64,000 nucleotides of DNA from Hemiscyllium ocellatum (taxonomy: Eukaryota). Shown here piece after piece: positions 1 to 13,385 of this stretch. Position 1 is the stretch's first letter; each line of letters opens with the position of its first letter. The stretch spans positions 24,034,068 to 24,098,067 of the forward strand of contig NC_083446.1 of the NCBI RefSeq assembly GCF_020745735.1, written 5' to 3'. The translations under genes and the position numbers were made by a program. The notes beneath the pieces are model-generated. The model saw only the letters and a program-made list of their open reading frames with translations, was not told the DNA's origin and did no database searches.

Positions 1-329
1 CCTTTCTTACCTGTCTCAGAGGAACAACTTCATGCATCACTTGAAACAACTGCTCCTTAAATAGTCTCCGCATGTCTGCTGTGCCCTTTCTGTGGAACAA
101 TTGCTCCCAGTTTGTACTTCCCAACTCCTGTCTGATCGTGTCATAATTTCATTTTCCCCAATTGAAATGTTCATTTAAATGTTCACTTTTATTTAATATT
201 CACGTTTAGGGTTAAAGAATAAAATTGATAATTTTCTTTAAATAGTGGGATTTGGGAGTCCTCTGTCACGCATACTTTAACAGATTACGAGGCAAGGTGA
301 GTTTTTCTATGTGTTTGGTTTAAATAGCA

Positions 330-610
330 GAAGGGTACAAACAAGATGGCCGCCACGGCCTAGGCCCTGGTCCGGTGAATTAGATTGAGGGCTGAAATCA
401 CGGGAGCCCCTAATTCTTATTCGGTTCGCGGAGCCTTTATTGGATATTACCAAGACGGATCGCCTCACTTCCCCATATATGGCTCCATTATTCCTCCGGG
501 ACCACCCCCTCTCCGCCATTATCCGACAACTGTAAAAGGGGGCCTTCAGTCAATCTACGCATGCTCCAACGTGATCACTTCAGCGCCTGCGCAATGGTGT
601 CCTTTGGGGT
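330..610. promoter_or_regulatory. CpG-rich promoter-like region upstream of the zinc-finger remnant
   Basis: Locally CpG/GC-rich in an AT-rich context; YY1-like CAAGATGGCCGCC at 342-354 and NRF1-like GCGCCTGCGCA at 583-593. Confidence 0.45.
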
Positions 611-849
611 AGACACTGAGAGCCCTCTTCAGGAATGCGCTCGAACCTCATCCAGCAGCCAGGTCTTGGTGATGGCCATTCAGTCAGATTGTGGTCTTCT
701 CTTACTCACTTTCCTTCTCTTTAACTAGTTTCACAGAATATGTGAAGAGGTCCGTCTGTGATCAGGAAACAGAGCCAGGTATCATATTAGAATTGGAAAG
801 ATTTTTTTTGATGATCGGAATATTGTTGGATTCTGAACTTGGAAGGAGA

Positions 850-1740
850 AGACACCAATCACAGTGAGGAGAAACTATGCACCTGTCCTGTGTGCGGATG
901 AAATCATCTGAACTGTCAAGACATAATCACAGTCATGCTGGGGAGAAAGTATGGAAATGTGAGAACTGTGAAGAGGGATTCAAATCCCCACCTCAACTGG
1001 AAATTCATCAACGCACTCACATGGAGAAAACGCCATCCATCTGCTCCAAGTGTGGGAAAGGGTTCACTCAGTCTTCTCAACTACAGTCAGACCATTGAGT
1101 TCACAAAGATAAAATAATGTTTTAAATGACGGACTGCGGAAAATGCCATAGAAATTGTGGGCAACTGATGTGCTATTGACATATTCGAACGGAGGAGAGC
1201 CATTCAGGAGTTCACACTGCGGCATTAAGTTCAGACAATCATTTCAACTCACTGCACACCAGCGAGATCACACTGGGTAGAGGCTCAGAACCTTCTCTGA
1301 CTGTGGCAACGCGTTCATTCAGTCATCCAGCTGCAGATATATCAGCAACCTCAGACTGTTCCCCTGAGCTGAGTGAGAAGGCATTCTGTACCTTATCCTA
1401 TGTGCACAAACACTGGTGATTTCACATAGGGATGAGACCTTTTCGTTGCACTGTGTTTCGGGAGGGAACTCTTCTGCCCTAAGGGGAGGCCAGTGAGTTC
1501 ACACTGAGACCAGTTCTTTGAAATGTCCAAACTGTAGGAAGTGCTTTAAAAGTTCCGGGGAACAGATGTTCCATCAACATGTTCACAGTGATGAGAAATC
1601 TTTCTGGTGTTCTTACTGCAGGACAACGTTCAGTCAATCATCTGACATCAAACATCAGTGAGTTCACACCAGAGAGAGGCCATTCATCTGTATGAAGGGT
1701 TTGTTCACTCATTCCACCTGCTGAGACAACAATTTATTCT
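850..1740 (+). pseudogene. Degenerate C2H2 zinc-finger array (ZNF pseudogene exon)
   Basis: ORF 877-1098 has CENCEEGFKSPPQLEIHQRTH and CSKCGKGFTQSSQL fingers plus TGEKP-like linkers (HAGEKVWKC); more fingers (CPNCRKCFKS, CSYCRTTFSQSS, HTRERPF) follow in shifting frames with stops. Confidence 0.8.
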
Positions 1741-2624
1741 AAAGGAACTACAAAAATGAAATTTTGCTGTTAACTACATCCAGGCCCAAGCCATGTTCAC
1801 CGAGTGTGTTTCTGCTCAGGTTAATTAACCTGTGTGAGACAGCTTTGATATTTTGATTAAATAAATTATATTTATATTGATACCTTGAGCCATTTTAGCA
1901 TCTCTGATCGAGATAGTTCCTTTTTGAAGGGTTCACCCCCACTGTGGCATTTCACCAACGGCCCGACTGAAGGTTAAAGGTTCAGGGAGTAAGAAGCCCA
2001 GAAATGGACTGCGACAGTCAAGTTTCAGTATCTTTAGTAATAACTGGTGAGAAACAAGAAAAAAACCTGACTGAAGTCTGGGCTTTCCTTGTCAGTGTAA
2101 GTCTAGAGGTGAATGACTCCCTGACCTGTCTGACATTCAACCAGTTTGGCATAAGATGGACTCAGAGAATAGGGTCAAATATTCCTCACAACTGAAGGTG
2201 ACAAATGTAGCCATTAGAGAAGTAGAAAGGATTTAAAAAGAAAATAGTGAAGAAAATTAAAATGTTGCTAAAAGAAACACAAAATTGAACATTTCTGCCT
2301 TGCACTCATCAGGATTAGTAGACAAATAACCAAACTGAAACAGGGAAAACCAATTTATGTGAGTGAGAATGACTGACATGGAAATGTAGCAACAGCTATC
2401 AGGATTTGGGTAATCCAAGATGGAGGATGGGAAAAAGTTTTGGTTGTAAGTCCTGCTGGCTTTTGTGGTATTTTCGGTGTTGGAAGTGAGTTCCTCAAAT
2501 TCCACAAGCGGTAATTACTGTTCTTAAGCTGTTGTACTGTTTTGGAAGTTTGGGAGAAAAAAAATCAAAGTAATGGTACCTTAAAAAGGAGGAAAAGAAC
2601 AAAGGTAGCGACCACATGGTCAGG

Positions 2625-2688
2625 GAGAGAGAGACAGAGACACAGAGAGAGAGAGACACAGACAGACAGAGAGAGACAGAGAGAGAGA
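2625..2688. repeat. (GA)n/(GACA)n microsatellite
   Basis: Direct reading: gagagagagacagagacacagagagagag... Confidence 0.9.
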
Positions 2689-2834
2689 AGAACCTACACT
2701 GTTGTCTGACACAGCCGTGAATCTGCACAGTTAATGCCTTTGCTGTTTGAGGTCAAGCGTTTCTGGATATCGGAGTGAATTGAAGAAAAATTAACAAACA
2801 GCGAAATTCACAGCTGACATTGGAGCAACCTAAT

Positions 2835-3141
2835 GGGCGGCACAGTGGTTAGCACTATTGCCTCACAGCACCAGAGACCAGGGTTCAATTCCCGCCTCGG
2901 GCAACTGCTTGTGTGGAGTTTGCACATTCTCCCCGTGTCTGCATGGGTTTCCTCCAGGTGCTCCGGTTTCCTCCCACAGTCCAAAAATGTGCTGGTTAGG
3001 TGAATTGGCCATGCTAAATTGACTGTAGTGTGAGGTGAAGTGAAATGTAGAAGAATGGGTCTGGGTGGGTTGCTGTTCGGATGGTTGGTGTGGACTTGTT
3101 GGCCCGAAGGGCCTGTTTCCAAGCAGTAAGTAATCTAATCT
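2835..3141 (+). mobile_element. HE1-like shark SINE (tRNA-derived head)
   Basis: GGGCGGCACAGTGGTTAGC A-box, GGGTTCAATTCCC B-box, conserved core GGGTTTCCTCC..GTGCTCCGGTTTCCTCCCACAGTCCAAA, (TAATC)n tail; shared with six other copies in the window. Confidence 0.85.
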
Positions 3142-3149
3142 GAAGAGCA

Positions 3150-6100
3150 CAGAATCAGATAAGTGCATGATTTTTAAGTGTAATATTGTTGTCATTTTTA
3201 ATAGGGAGTGCAGTGGGTTCGTTTTTGTTATTTGTTTGAGATCTGTCCTTTGATTAAAATTTAAAAATATGAATCTTTGATAATAAGTTAGACTGGATCA
3301 GTGTTTCTAAAGCATAAGACTGTGCTATATTCTGTAGATTGTTATGGTACAAAGATGGCGTTTAGCCGAGCGATGTGCTCTTCCCGTCGGCTGTTCGAGA
3401 TTAGATCATTTCCTTATTACTGATGATTGTGTCAGCAGTAATTGTGTTTGGTTCCGAACCGTATCACATCACTTCAATCGGTTGGAGCGGCAGTTTGAGA
3501 CACTGAGGAATTTGCAAGAGCTAGGTGCATCCGACGGATGGTAGTTTATAGGAAGGGAGAAAAAACGCAGATACAATCAGGTGGATGGATTCCAGCCAAG
3601 AAAAGCAGGAGAGGGAGGCAGGTAGCGCAGTAGTCTCCTGTGGCTAACCCCCTCTCAAACAAGTATGTTATTTTGGAACATGTAGGGTGTCATTGCCTTC
3701 ATGGGAACACAGCATGAACAGCCAAGTTTCTGGGACCGAGACAGGCTCTAATGTAACAAGGAGTACGTCAGGTACAAAGCGATCGATTGTGAGAGGGGAC
3801 TCTCTAGTCAGAGGCACAGACAGATGTTTCTGCGGCCAGCAGCGAGAAATCAGAATGGTGTATAGCCTCCCTGTTTCCAGTATCAAGGCCGAATATTCTC
3901 AAAGGGCAGTGGGAACAGCAGCAGGCCACTGTGTACATTGGAACGAATGACACAGGAAGGAAAAAGGATGGCATTCTGAAGCGACGATACAGAAAGTTAG
4001 GCAGGAATTTGAAACGGAAGTCCTGACTGGTAGTAATATCTGGATTGTACCCGATGCTGTGCGCTAGTGAGGCTAGGAAGAGGAGGATGCAGCACATGAA
4101 CGTCTGGGAAGAAGTGAAGATTGCAGGTGTTGGAGATCAGAGTCGAGAATGTGGTGCTGGAAAAGCAAAACAGGTCAGGCAGCATTTAAGTAGCAGGAGA
4201 ATCGACATTTTAGGAAACAGCCCTTCATTAGGAATGAGGCTGTTAGCCAAGGGGGTGGAGGAATAAATGGGAGGGGTGTGGCCTGGGGCAAGTTAGCTGA
4301 GAGAGCAATAGGTGGATGGAGTTAGGGGTAAACGTGAAAGGTTGAAGGGCTGAGTGGAGTGGATAAGTGGGAAGGAAGATGGACAGGTAGGACAAGTCAT
4401 GAGGGTGGTCTCGATTTGGAAAGTTGTGACTGGGATTTGGGCGGATGGTGAAGGGGAGGAGAAGTCAGGAAACTGGTGAAATCCACTTTGATAGTGTGTG
4501 AATGCACTGCTTCAAGGCAGAATGTGAGGCATTCTTCCTCCAGGCGTTGGGTGGTTAGTGTTTACTGATAGAGGAGGCCCAGGATCTGCATGTCCTCAGT
4601 GGAATGGGAGGGACAGTTGAGATTTTCAACTACAGGGTGGTGGAAAATGTTTGATGTGGGCATCCCGGAGATGTTCTCTGAAGCGCTCAGCAAGTAGGCG
4701 TCCTGTATCACTGATGTAGAGGAGACCGCATCAGGAGCAACGGATTCTGTAAATGACACGTGTGGAAGTGCAGCGAAAGTTCTGATGGATGTGGAAGGTT
4801 TCGTTGGGGCATTTGACGGAAGTGCGAGGGAGTTGGGGGCACAGGTTTTGCAATTCCAGTGGTGTCAGCGGAAGGTGCCAGAAGGGCAGAGCGGGTTGGT
4901 GGGGTGTGGACCTGACAAAGGAATTGCAGAGGGAATAGTCCTTACGGAAAGCAGGTAAGGGTTTGGAGGGAAATATATCTCTTGTGCTGGTGTCCATTAG
5001 TAGGTGGCAGAAATGGCGTAGGTTGATGCAATGTGTCTGGAGGTTGGTGGGGTGGAAGTGAAGATCGGGGGATTCTGTCCTTGTTTAGCTGTGGGAGCCA
5101 GTGGGTTTGTAGAAGATGTCAGTGTTGAGTTGGTCACTGTTGATGGAGATGGAGCGGTCAAGGAAGGGGAGGGAGGGCAGTGTCCAAGATGAATGTGTAG
5201 CTGAGGAAATGGTATATGGGAGAAGGGTTCAAATTTTAGATCATTGGAAGCTATTCTCGGGTAGAAGTGACCTATACAAGAAGGATGGATTGCACCTTAA
5301 TTGGAAGGGGACTAATAAACTGACAGGGAGATTGCTTCAGCTGCTTGGGAGGATTTAAAGTAGTCAGGGTGGGAGTTGGGGCCCGGTGTAGGGTCCATGG
5401 AGATAGTGAGGAAAGAGATCAATCTGAGAGTACTACAGTTGGGAAGAGGAGCAAGTCAAACTGTCAGGGCAGGCAGTGACAAAGCAGAGATCAAGGTAGA
5501 ACTGATAAATCATCCTGTATTTACTTCAATGCAAGGGGCCTAACAGGGAAGGCAGATTAACTCAGGGCATGGTTCGCAACATAGGACCATAATTCTATTA
5601 GTTTTTAAATAGTGATGGAAAAGGATAGACAGGATCTAACTGTTAACATTCTAAATTGGATAAAGGACAATTTTGGCAGTATTTGGTAAAAACTTTGAAA
5701 AGGTGATTGGGTGCAGATTTTTGCAGGTTGGAAAATGAAGAAGTTTTCAAAAATCCGATAATGAGACAGAGTGTTCCTGTTCGGTGAAAGGCAAGGCTGG
5801 TAGGTGTGAAGAATGCTGGATGACTAGAAGAATTGTGGGTTTGATCAAGAAAAAGAAGGAAGCATATGTAAGGTATAGACAGAATAGATCGCGTGAATTC
5901 TTTGAGTATAAAGGCAGTAGGAGTAAGAGGGAAATCAGGAGGGCACAAAGGGGGCATGAGATAGCTTTGGCAAATGTGGTTAAGGAGAATCCAAACTGAT
6001 TCTACAAATGCATTAAGGATAAAGGGGTAAATAGGGAGACAATAGGGCCCTTCAAGCATCAGCAAGGCTGCCAATGTGTCGAATTGCATGATATGGGGGA

Positions 6101-7800
6101 GATACTAAAGTAGTATTTGCATTAATATTTCCTGTGGAGAATGACATGGAAGATATAGAATGTGGGGAAATATATAGTGACATCTTGAAAAATGTCCAGA
6201 TTACAGAGGAGGAGGTGCTGGATGTCTTAAAACAAACGAAGATCGGTAAATCCCCAGGAGCTTATATGGTGGACCCTTGAACTCTGTGAGAAGCTAGCAA
6301 AGTGATTATTGGGCCTATTACTGAGATATTTGTATCATCGATAGTCATAGGTGAGGTGTGGGAAGACAGCAGGTTGGCTAACATGATGCCACTCTTTAAG
6401 AAAGTTGGTAAGGACAGGCCAGGGTACTATAGCCCAGTGAGCCTGACATCATTGGTGGGCACGTTGCAGTTGGAGGGAATCTTGAGGGATAGGATTTATA
6501 TGTATTTGGTAAGGCAAAGACTGATTAGGGATAGTCAGCATGGTTTTGTGCGTGGGAAATCATTTCTTATGAAATTGATTGAGTATATTGAATAAGTAAC
6601 AAACAGAATTAGTGAGGCAGAGCGATGGACGTGATTTACATGAACCTTCGACAAGGTTCCTCATGGGAGACTGGCTAGCAAGGTTGGATCTCATGGAATA
6701 CAGGGAGAAGTAGCCACTTGGATGCAAAACTGGCTTGAAGGTAGAAGACAGAGGGTGGTGGCGGTGAGTTGATTTTTAGACTGGAGGCCTGTGACCAGAG
6801 GTGTGCCACAAGGATTGGTGCTGGGTACACTGCTTTTCATCTTTTAGATGTAAAATTTGGATGTGAACATAAAAGGCATATGTAGTAAATTTGCGGATGA
6901 TACCAACATTTTTGGTATAGTGGACAGTGAAGAAGGTTACCTCAGAGTATAACAGGACCTTGACTAGATGGGCCAATGGGCCAAAGGTTGGTAAAAGAGT
7001 TTAATTCAGATGGATGCGAGGTGATGCATTTGGAAAGTCAAATCAGGGCTGGACTTCTTGGACTTCTTGGGAAGGTCCTGAGGAGTGTTGTTGATCAAAG
7101 AGACTTTGGAGTGCAGGTTGATAGTTACTTGGAAGTGGAGTCTCAGGAAGACTGGATAGTGAAGAAGGATCGAGTATGCTTGCATTTATTGGTCAGAGCA
7201 TTGAGTATAGGAGATGGGAGTCCATGTTGTGGCTATACAGGGCACTGGTTCGGCCACTGTTGGAATATTGTGAGCAATTCTGATCTCCTTCCTATCGGAA
7301 AGCTGTTGTGGAACTTGAAAGGGTTCAGAAAAGATTAACAAGGATTATGCCAGGGTTGGAGGATTTGACCTATGGGAAGAGGCTGAACAGGCTGGGGCTC
7401 TTTTCCCTGGAGCGTTGGAGGTTGAGGGGTGACCTTATAGAGGTTTACAAAATCATGAGGGGCATGAATAGGATAAATAGGCAAAGTCTTTTCCCTGGGG
7501 TCGGGGAATTAGAGGGCATGGGTTTCGAGTGACAGGGAAAAGATATAAAAGAGACCTAAGGGGCAACTGTTTTCACTCAGAGGGTGGTACATGTATGGAG
7601 TGAGCTGCCAGAGGAAGTGGAAGAGGATGGTACAAATGCAACATTTAAAATTCATCTGGATGTATATACGAATAGGAAGATTTTGAAGTGACATGGGCAG
7701 GGTGCTAGCAGCTGGACTAGTTTAGGTTTGAATATCTGTTTGGCATGGACAGGTTGGGCCGAATGGTCAGTTTCCATACTGTACATCTCCATGACTCTGT
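3150..7800 (+). mobile_element. Near full-length degenerate CR1-type LINE (ORF1 esterase + ORF2 RT), interrupted by a PLE
   Basis: ORF1 SGNH-like motif IVRGDSLVRGTDRCFCG (3687-3950) and DGLHLNWKG (5116-5358); ORF2 RT pieces WRLANMMPLFKK..DRPGYYSPVSLTS, QHGFVRGKS, LERVQKRLTRIMPGL; short-repeat 3' tail near 7800. Confidence 0.85.
4104..5188 (-). mobile_element. Penelope-like element 3' fragment (GIY-YIG end + terminus with decayed hammerhead)
   Basis: Minus ORFs 4562-4759 (HHPVVENLNCPSHSTEDMQILGL) and 4731-4997 match the PLE pieces at 56733-57179; degraded CTAATGAAGGG..AAAATGTC core at about 4201-4235. Confidence 0.8.
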
Positions 7801-7809
7801 GACTCGAGG

Positions 7810-8400
7810 ACTTTAAGTTGGTAAAGTCCATTCAGTGTTACAAGAGCCAAAATTGTCTTCACTCCTTCGGATAAAGGTACCTGCCAGTATCCTCTGAGCA
7901 ATTCCAAATATAAGTTGCTTGGTCTTCCTTTTCAATACAGTCTTCTCATTGAGGAATCGGATATGAATCAGACTCTGCAACTTGCATTCACTTTGCTATA
8001 ATCTGCATAGAATCATCTGGTTGTGGCACCATGACTATGAATGAGCTCCAGTTGCTGCAACTCACATTGATGCTTTGTTTTGGAACTTGCATTCAAGCTG
8101 TCTTTGAACTGATACCAACTTTTTTTTGGTGTAAATATATAAGGACATTGCTTAGTTGGAACAGCATTTCCTATATCTATATCATGCATAATTAACTTAG
8201 TACTTCCCAGCCTATTCACACACATCTCACCACGCAATATTAATAACTTTTTTAGGTCATTTTGATTTACTGGGGAAGGTAACTCAATAATTTATACCAA
8301 ATTTTGAGAACGTCCTCATTGTCCATTTTAATATGAGGAAAGTCCAATTCAGAATCCTCTGAACTTACTTTGTCACTGTGTTGTATCCAGTAACATATTC
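7810..8400 (-). mobile_element. Ty3/Gypsy pol remnant (RT N-terminal region)
   Basis: Minus ORF 8013-8237 IMHDIDIGNAVPTKQCPY resembles Gypsy pre-RT 'PIKQHPY'; downstream minus frame reads LLRGYWQVPLSE (RT motif). Confidence 0.65.
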
Positions 8401-8422
8401 TCCTTTTACTTTCCTTCTCGGT

Positions 8423-9560
8423 TGTTATGGACCAGGCCAGACTCCTCAAATAGTTTCAAGAAGGTAACCCAGACCCAAACTTTACTAGTTGTTTTGAGAA
8501 GGTGTACAGTGGATATTCATGGAGAGAATCAGCTGATCAAAACATCTCATTTTAAACCAAACAGGATTTATTTACAAGATTACTGAATGAAACACAAAGA
8601 ACAGAAAACAGAATACAGAATAACTTATCCTATCTTAAAACCTGACAGTTTATCTGTTCCAAGATACTTGCAAAATTCCTATAAACACCCTTGGCACAAA
8701 AGGTCAAATCTGTGGGCAGCATGGTGGCTCACTGGTTAGCACTGCTGCCTCAAAATGCCAGGGACCTGGGTTCAATTCCTGCCTCGGGCAAAAGTCTGTG
8801 TGGAGTTTGCGTATTCTGTCCATGTCTGCGTGGGTTTCCTCCGGGTGCTCCAGTTTCCTCCCACAGTCCAAAGGTGTGCAGGTTAGGTGAATTGGCCATG
8901 CTAAATTGACTGCAGTGTTAGCTGCATTGTTTAGGGTAAATGTCGGGGTGTGGTTCTGGGTGGGTTGCTCTTTGGAGGGTCGGGGTGGACTTGTTAGGCC
9001 GAAGGGCCTTTTCCCACATAATAGGTAATCTAATCTAATAATTATCACAGGATAAACGGCTGAGAGAGATTACCAGCATGGACCTGCTTCTTGGGACCCA
9101 GCAGCCTTTCTTCACGCTCGTGCTAAAAAAAAGGCAAACCAGAGAAAGCTGAGCTGGGAGAACTGGCCACTCCCCTTTCATTGTACAAGTGTTATTTTTA
9201 AACTTGAACACCTTCGATATGAGGCAGTATCTCTTAGCTATTATCAAATTGGTCCTAAAATCCTTCCAAACTGAGACTTTTCCGAACCTGTGTTTTTATG
9301 ACCTCCAGGAGAAAAAAAACAATGACAACCTACCCTTGTTAAAGGAACAACTTTGTCACATTCTCGAAATAACCATTGTGCACATTCTTGGGGCACTGTG
9401 TGAGATTTCTTTCTATCTGCAATCGTTATTAAATAATTCACCTCACTCAACTTACTTTCACTTTGAGAAGTTCCACTAAATCTTGCTTTTGAAGGTCCCC
9501 CTCTCACTGGAAAAGCACTAACACTTTATCTCTGTTCACAAAATTGCAAATGTTTGATTT
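8423..9560. mobile_element. LTR-like noncoding segment split by a SINE
   Basis: Begins TGTTATGGACC, is non-coding and lies between Gypsy RT and integrase remnants. There is no second LTR in the window to confirm. Confidence 0.3.
8714..9038 (+). mobile_element. HE1-like SINE
   Basis: Same A/B box, core and (TAATC)n tail as 2835-3141. Confidence 0.85.
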
Positions 9561-9849
9561 CTTGTCTGCTTCCGGCTTCATCACATGCTGTGCTACTTTG
9601 AAATGCCATCTAGCCAACTCCCCCACTCAATGTAATCATTCCCTAAAATTTGAAACACAGTTTACGTGTGTGGCAGCTGAACTCTGACTCACTAATTTCT
9701 CCTTATTTTTTCCAGTGACGCTCTCAGCTCATGCCACAACACTCATTCAAATGTTCAGAATGAGGCAGATACATTTTGTACATCCCTATTGTCAAGATGT
9801 TAAAATGGAATTCCTTTATCCAGTTGGTTTAATTGTCTTGACAATAAGC

Positions 9850-10800
9850 CCTCAATATGGTCTTCTCTAAATTTGCTAATGGGCTTTGAATTTTGATTCC
9901 ACCTTTCTAACACTCCCTGTCATCCTTGTTGGGAAAGAGGAGAATTGAATTGTTTTATTCCTAAGCCACCCATAACTTCCATGCAAATGTTTGATGTAAA
10001 ATTTGACCCTTGATCTGATTGTATCTCTGTGTATAGTCTTTGTCGAGTTAAACATTGGGGTAACTCTTTAATAATCCTTCTAGCAGTGGTATTGCACAAA
10101 CGGAATGGCCTCTGCAAATCTAATGGACTCATCACTTATTTTTAATAAAGGCTGTTTCCCACATTTTTATTTTATGTAGGCATCCTAATCAATCAATTAA
10201 GACTCTTGGAAAAGGTTCCTCAAATGCAGGGATGGGTATTAAAGGTGTTGGTTTTATTACTGCTTGAGGTTTTCCGGTTGCATGACATGTATGACATTTC
10301 TGGCAATTTTCAACTCCATCTTTATGCAGTCCAGGCCAGTAAAAATGTTTTTGTATTATAGCGGGAGTGCTTCTCCTGGTAATGAATTTCTCCCACTTTC
10401 CCATCTGCCTGAATATGTGATGGTTTCCATTTCCTCATCAAGACATCATGTTGAAGTTAGTAACATTTGGGAATGCCCTCAGATTCTTCTTCTGTGTATG
10501 CTTTTCAATGCAATTGTTTCAGTTTTTCATCTTCCATTAGTTCTCCATCTGTACTTGTTTTGTCGGAGCCATTTAATCAAATATGGTCTCTGATAATTCT
10601 GTTTTAACTTGCTTATCTGAATTCTTTGATTTCTTCTCGTGTTTCAACTGGTGGCTTTATGAGCTTGTTATCTATCCGTTAATGTTTTCCAATTTTTTCA
10701 TGATTCACATAACAATGATGGTCATTGTATTTATTTAGAACATGAGATCATCCATCCACAAGAATGTTGAATTATTGCGATCTATTAGAATGGTGACTAA
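9850..10800 (-). mobile_element. Ty3/Gypsy integrase remnant
   Basis: ORF 10189-10404 FYWPGLHKDG..CQKCHTCHATGKPQ..PLIPIP..EEPF.RV.ID (integrase Zn-binding region); ORF 9920-10135 EIQSDQGSNFTS (rve core). Confidence 0.8.
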
Positions 10801-10869
10801 GTTATTGATTTTTACTGCCCAATTCCAACAGCAGGCCTTGTCACAACAATAGTCTTCACTTCTGACCGA

Positions 10870-10990
10870 AAAGTCGTTGTTTCGGACAGGACACTCCATG
10901 AAAGCCTTATGCCCGAAACATTGACTCTCCTACCCCTTGGATATGCTGCCTGACCCACTGTGTTTTTCCAGCGCCACACTTTGTGACTCT
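10870..10990 (+). mobile_element. Degenerate PLE terminal fragment
   Basis: ATGCCCGAAACATTGA..CCTTGGATATGCTGCCTGACC..TTTTCCAGC tail like the other PLE termini; hammerhead core eroded. Confidence 0.55.
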
Positions 10991-11719
10991 GAGCTGCACT
11001 CCTCTCTTTCTCCTTTTCCCTCGGTTATCTTGTCTTGTCTGAAGTAATCTAAGAGCTACAGATGCACTTGCAAGCTGTTTTGTGGTCCTAGAACATGCAG
11101 AGGGAGGAGTGAAAAGGTTGTTGTATGGAGACTTGCAGGGGTTGTTGGGTTTAATTGACATCTGGGTGAGGGTATGCCAGTTGGAATGCTGAGATTTGGA
11201 GGTGACCTGACAAATTATTCAATTTTGCGTCCTCTCAAATGGAGAGATCCTAAATCACCCAACAAGTGTGTCTTGGGCATGTCGACAGAATGGAAGCATG
11301 TGGCTTGTGAATTTACTTCTTGCATGGTGAGATTCCTACAGCCAGGCAGCTAGTGATGGACCAAAGGGTCAGCTTCAGGAATGCTGAAGATCGACTATAC
11401 ATGGAGAGAGTCCCAATTGGCTGAGAGAAATGAATGGGAAGATTTCCATTGATTTGACATGATCTGTCAGGGTAACTAGACATCACCTTAGACACTAAAA
11501 CTAAAGGCAATAACTCATAATGACACTCTGTAATTGTTAAAGAGAAATTGTCTCTTATGAATCAGCCTTTTCATCAAGCAGGAAAGTTACATTGCATGGA
11601 GGCACGCAATCTGAAATACATTAGAGCACCTTCCAGCTACTGGAGCATGCTGGTGGCCTCTGACAAAGAAATTAGTTTCAAGGAAATATCATGTGCTTCA
11701 CATGGTCACAGTTACAGAA

Positions 11720-11945
11720 ATGTACATGCACACATACACACGTGCGCACACAGACACAGACACATACCCACACAGAGACACACACACAGACACAGGTATG
11801 CACACACCACCACACAGAGACACACACAGACCTTCACACACACATACAACCACACAAAGACAGACACATACATACACAGACACACGCACACAGACACACC
11901 CGCACGCAGACTTACACCACCACACACAGACATACACACAAACAA
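11720..11945. repeat. Degenerate (CA)n/(CACAGA)n microsatellite
   Basis: Direct reading; explains the spurious HT/CV-rich ORFs at 11548-12011. Confidence 0.9.
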
Positions 11946-13290
11946 TCACAGAACAAAATGACATCTTGTGTTAAGAATGAGCAAAGCTGCATTTCAATCA
12001 TCACAGCTTGACTCTTGGGAGGCAATGTATCATTGAAATTTGAGAGGTTATGTCTCCACATTATGCTTCAGGTGGGGTGATGAGTGATATTTTGTGGTAA
12101 ATGGGGAAGCACTAATAATGCCCATGGTTTTCTCAGGGCAATATCCACTTAAACATAGAAGATAGGAGCAGGAGGAGGCCATTCAGCCCTTTGATCCTGC
12201 TCTGATATTATCATGATCTTGGCTCATCGTCCAACTCAACAACCTCATCCTGCCTACTCCCCTTTGAACTCATTCGCCTTAAATGCCATATTTAGCCACA
12301 TCTTCAATACATTCAATGTTTTGGCATCAACTAATTCCTGTGATAATATATTCCACATTCTCATCAAACTTTGGGTGAAGAAATGTCTCCCTCATCGCTG
12401 TCCTAAATGATCCACCTCAAATCTTCAGTCTGTGTCCCCTGATTCTAGACACACCCACCATCAGGAGCGACCTTCCTGTATCTACCCTGTCTCATCCTGT
12501 TAGAATGAGATCCCATCCCATTCGTTTAAACTCCAGCAAATACAATCCTAACCTGGTTAATCTGTCCTCGTATGTTAGTTTCACCATCCAAGCAAGAACA
12601 TCCTTCCTCAGCAAAGGGGACCAAAACTACACACAGTGTTTGAGGTGTGGCCTCACCAAGGCCCTGTACAACTGTAACAACATATCCCTGCTCCTGTACA
12701 TGAAACATCTCACATAGAAGGCCAACATAGCATTTGCCTTCTTTACTGCCTTCTGCACTTGCATGCTTACCTTCAGCGACTGGTGCACAAGGACATGTGG
12801 ACCCTGCAGCACACTCTCCTCTCCCAATTTACAGCCGGTCAGGTAGCAATCCACCACCTTGCTTTTCTCTCCAAAGTGAATGACTTGACATTTATCCAAA
12901 ATAAGTGCATCTGCCATTGATTTGCCCGCTCAGCCAAACTGTCCAGATCATCCCATAGGGTCTCTGCATCCTCGTCACAGTTCACCCTCCCAACCAACTT
13001 GGTATCATCTGCGAGCCTTGAGATGTTCCATTTTATTCCTTCGTCCAAAACCTTAATAAATATTGTTAATAGTTTGGGTCCCTGTGGCACCCCACTAACT
13101 ACTGGCTGCCAATTTGAAACGGACCCCTTAAGCCCTACTCTGTTTCCTCTCTGCCGGTCAGTTTTCTATCTATCTCAGTACACTTACCCCAATCCCATGC
13201 GCTTTAATACTGCACAGTGATGTCTTAAGTGGGACATTGTCAAACATTTTCTGAAAGCCCAAATATACCATATTGACCAGTTCCCCTTTG

Positions 13291-13385
13291 TTCTGATGAA
13301 GGGCTCTGGCCCGAAAAGTCGAATTTCCTATTCTTGGATGCTGCCTAACCTGCTGTGCTTTAATCATCAGCACATTTTCAGCTCA
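13291..13385 (+). ncRNA. PLE terminal fragment with minimal hammerhead ribozyme motif
   Basis: CTGATGA (13293-13299)-A-GGGC TCTG GCCC-GAAA-A-GTC-GAA followed by the PLE tail; stem II perfect; solitary copy inside a CR1. Confidence 0.65.

Noticed and set aside
2835-2910. tRNA-like A/B boxes at SINE heads
   Set aside because: They are tRNA-derived SINE promoters, not tRNA genes; no cloverleaf or anticodon arm is supported.
11548-12011. Several overlapping 77-137 aa ORFs (HT/CV-rich)
   Set aside because: Translations of a CA microsatellite, not genes.
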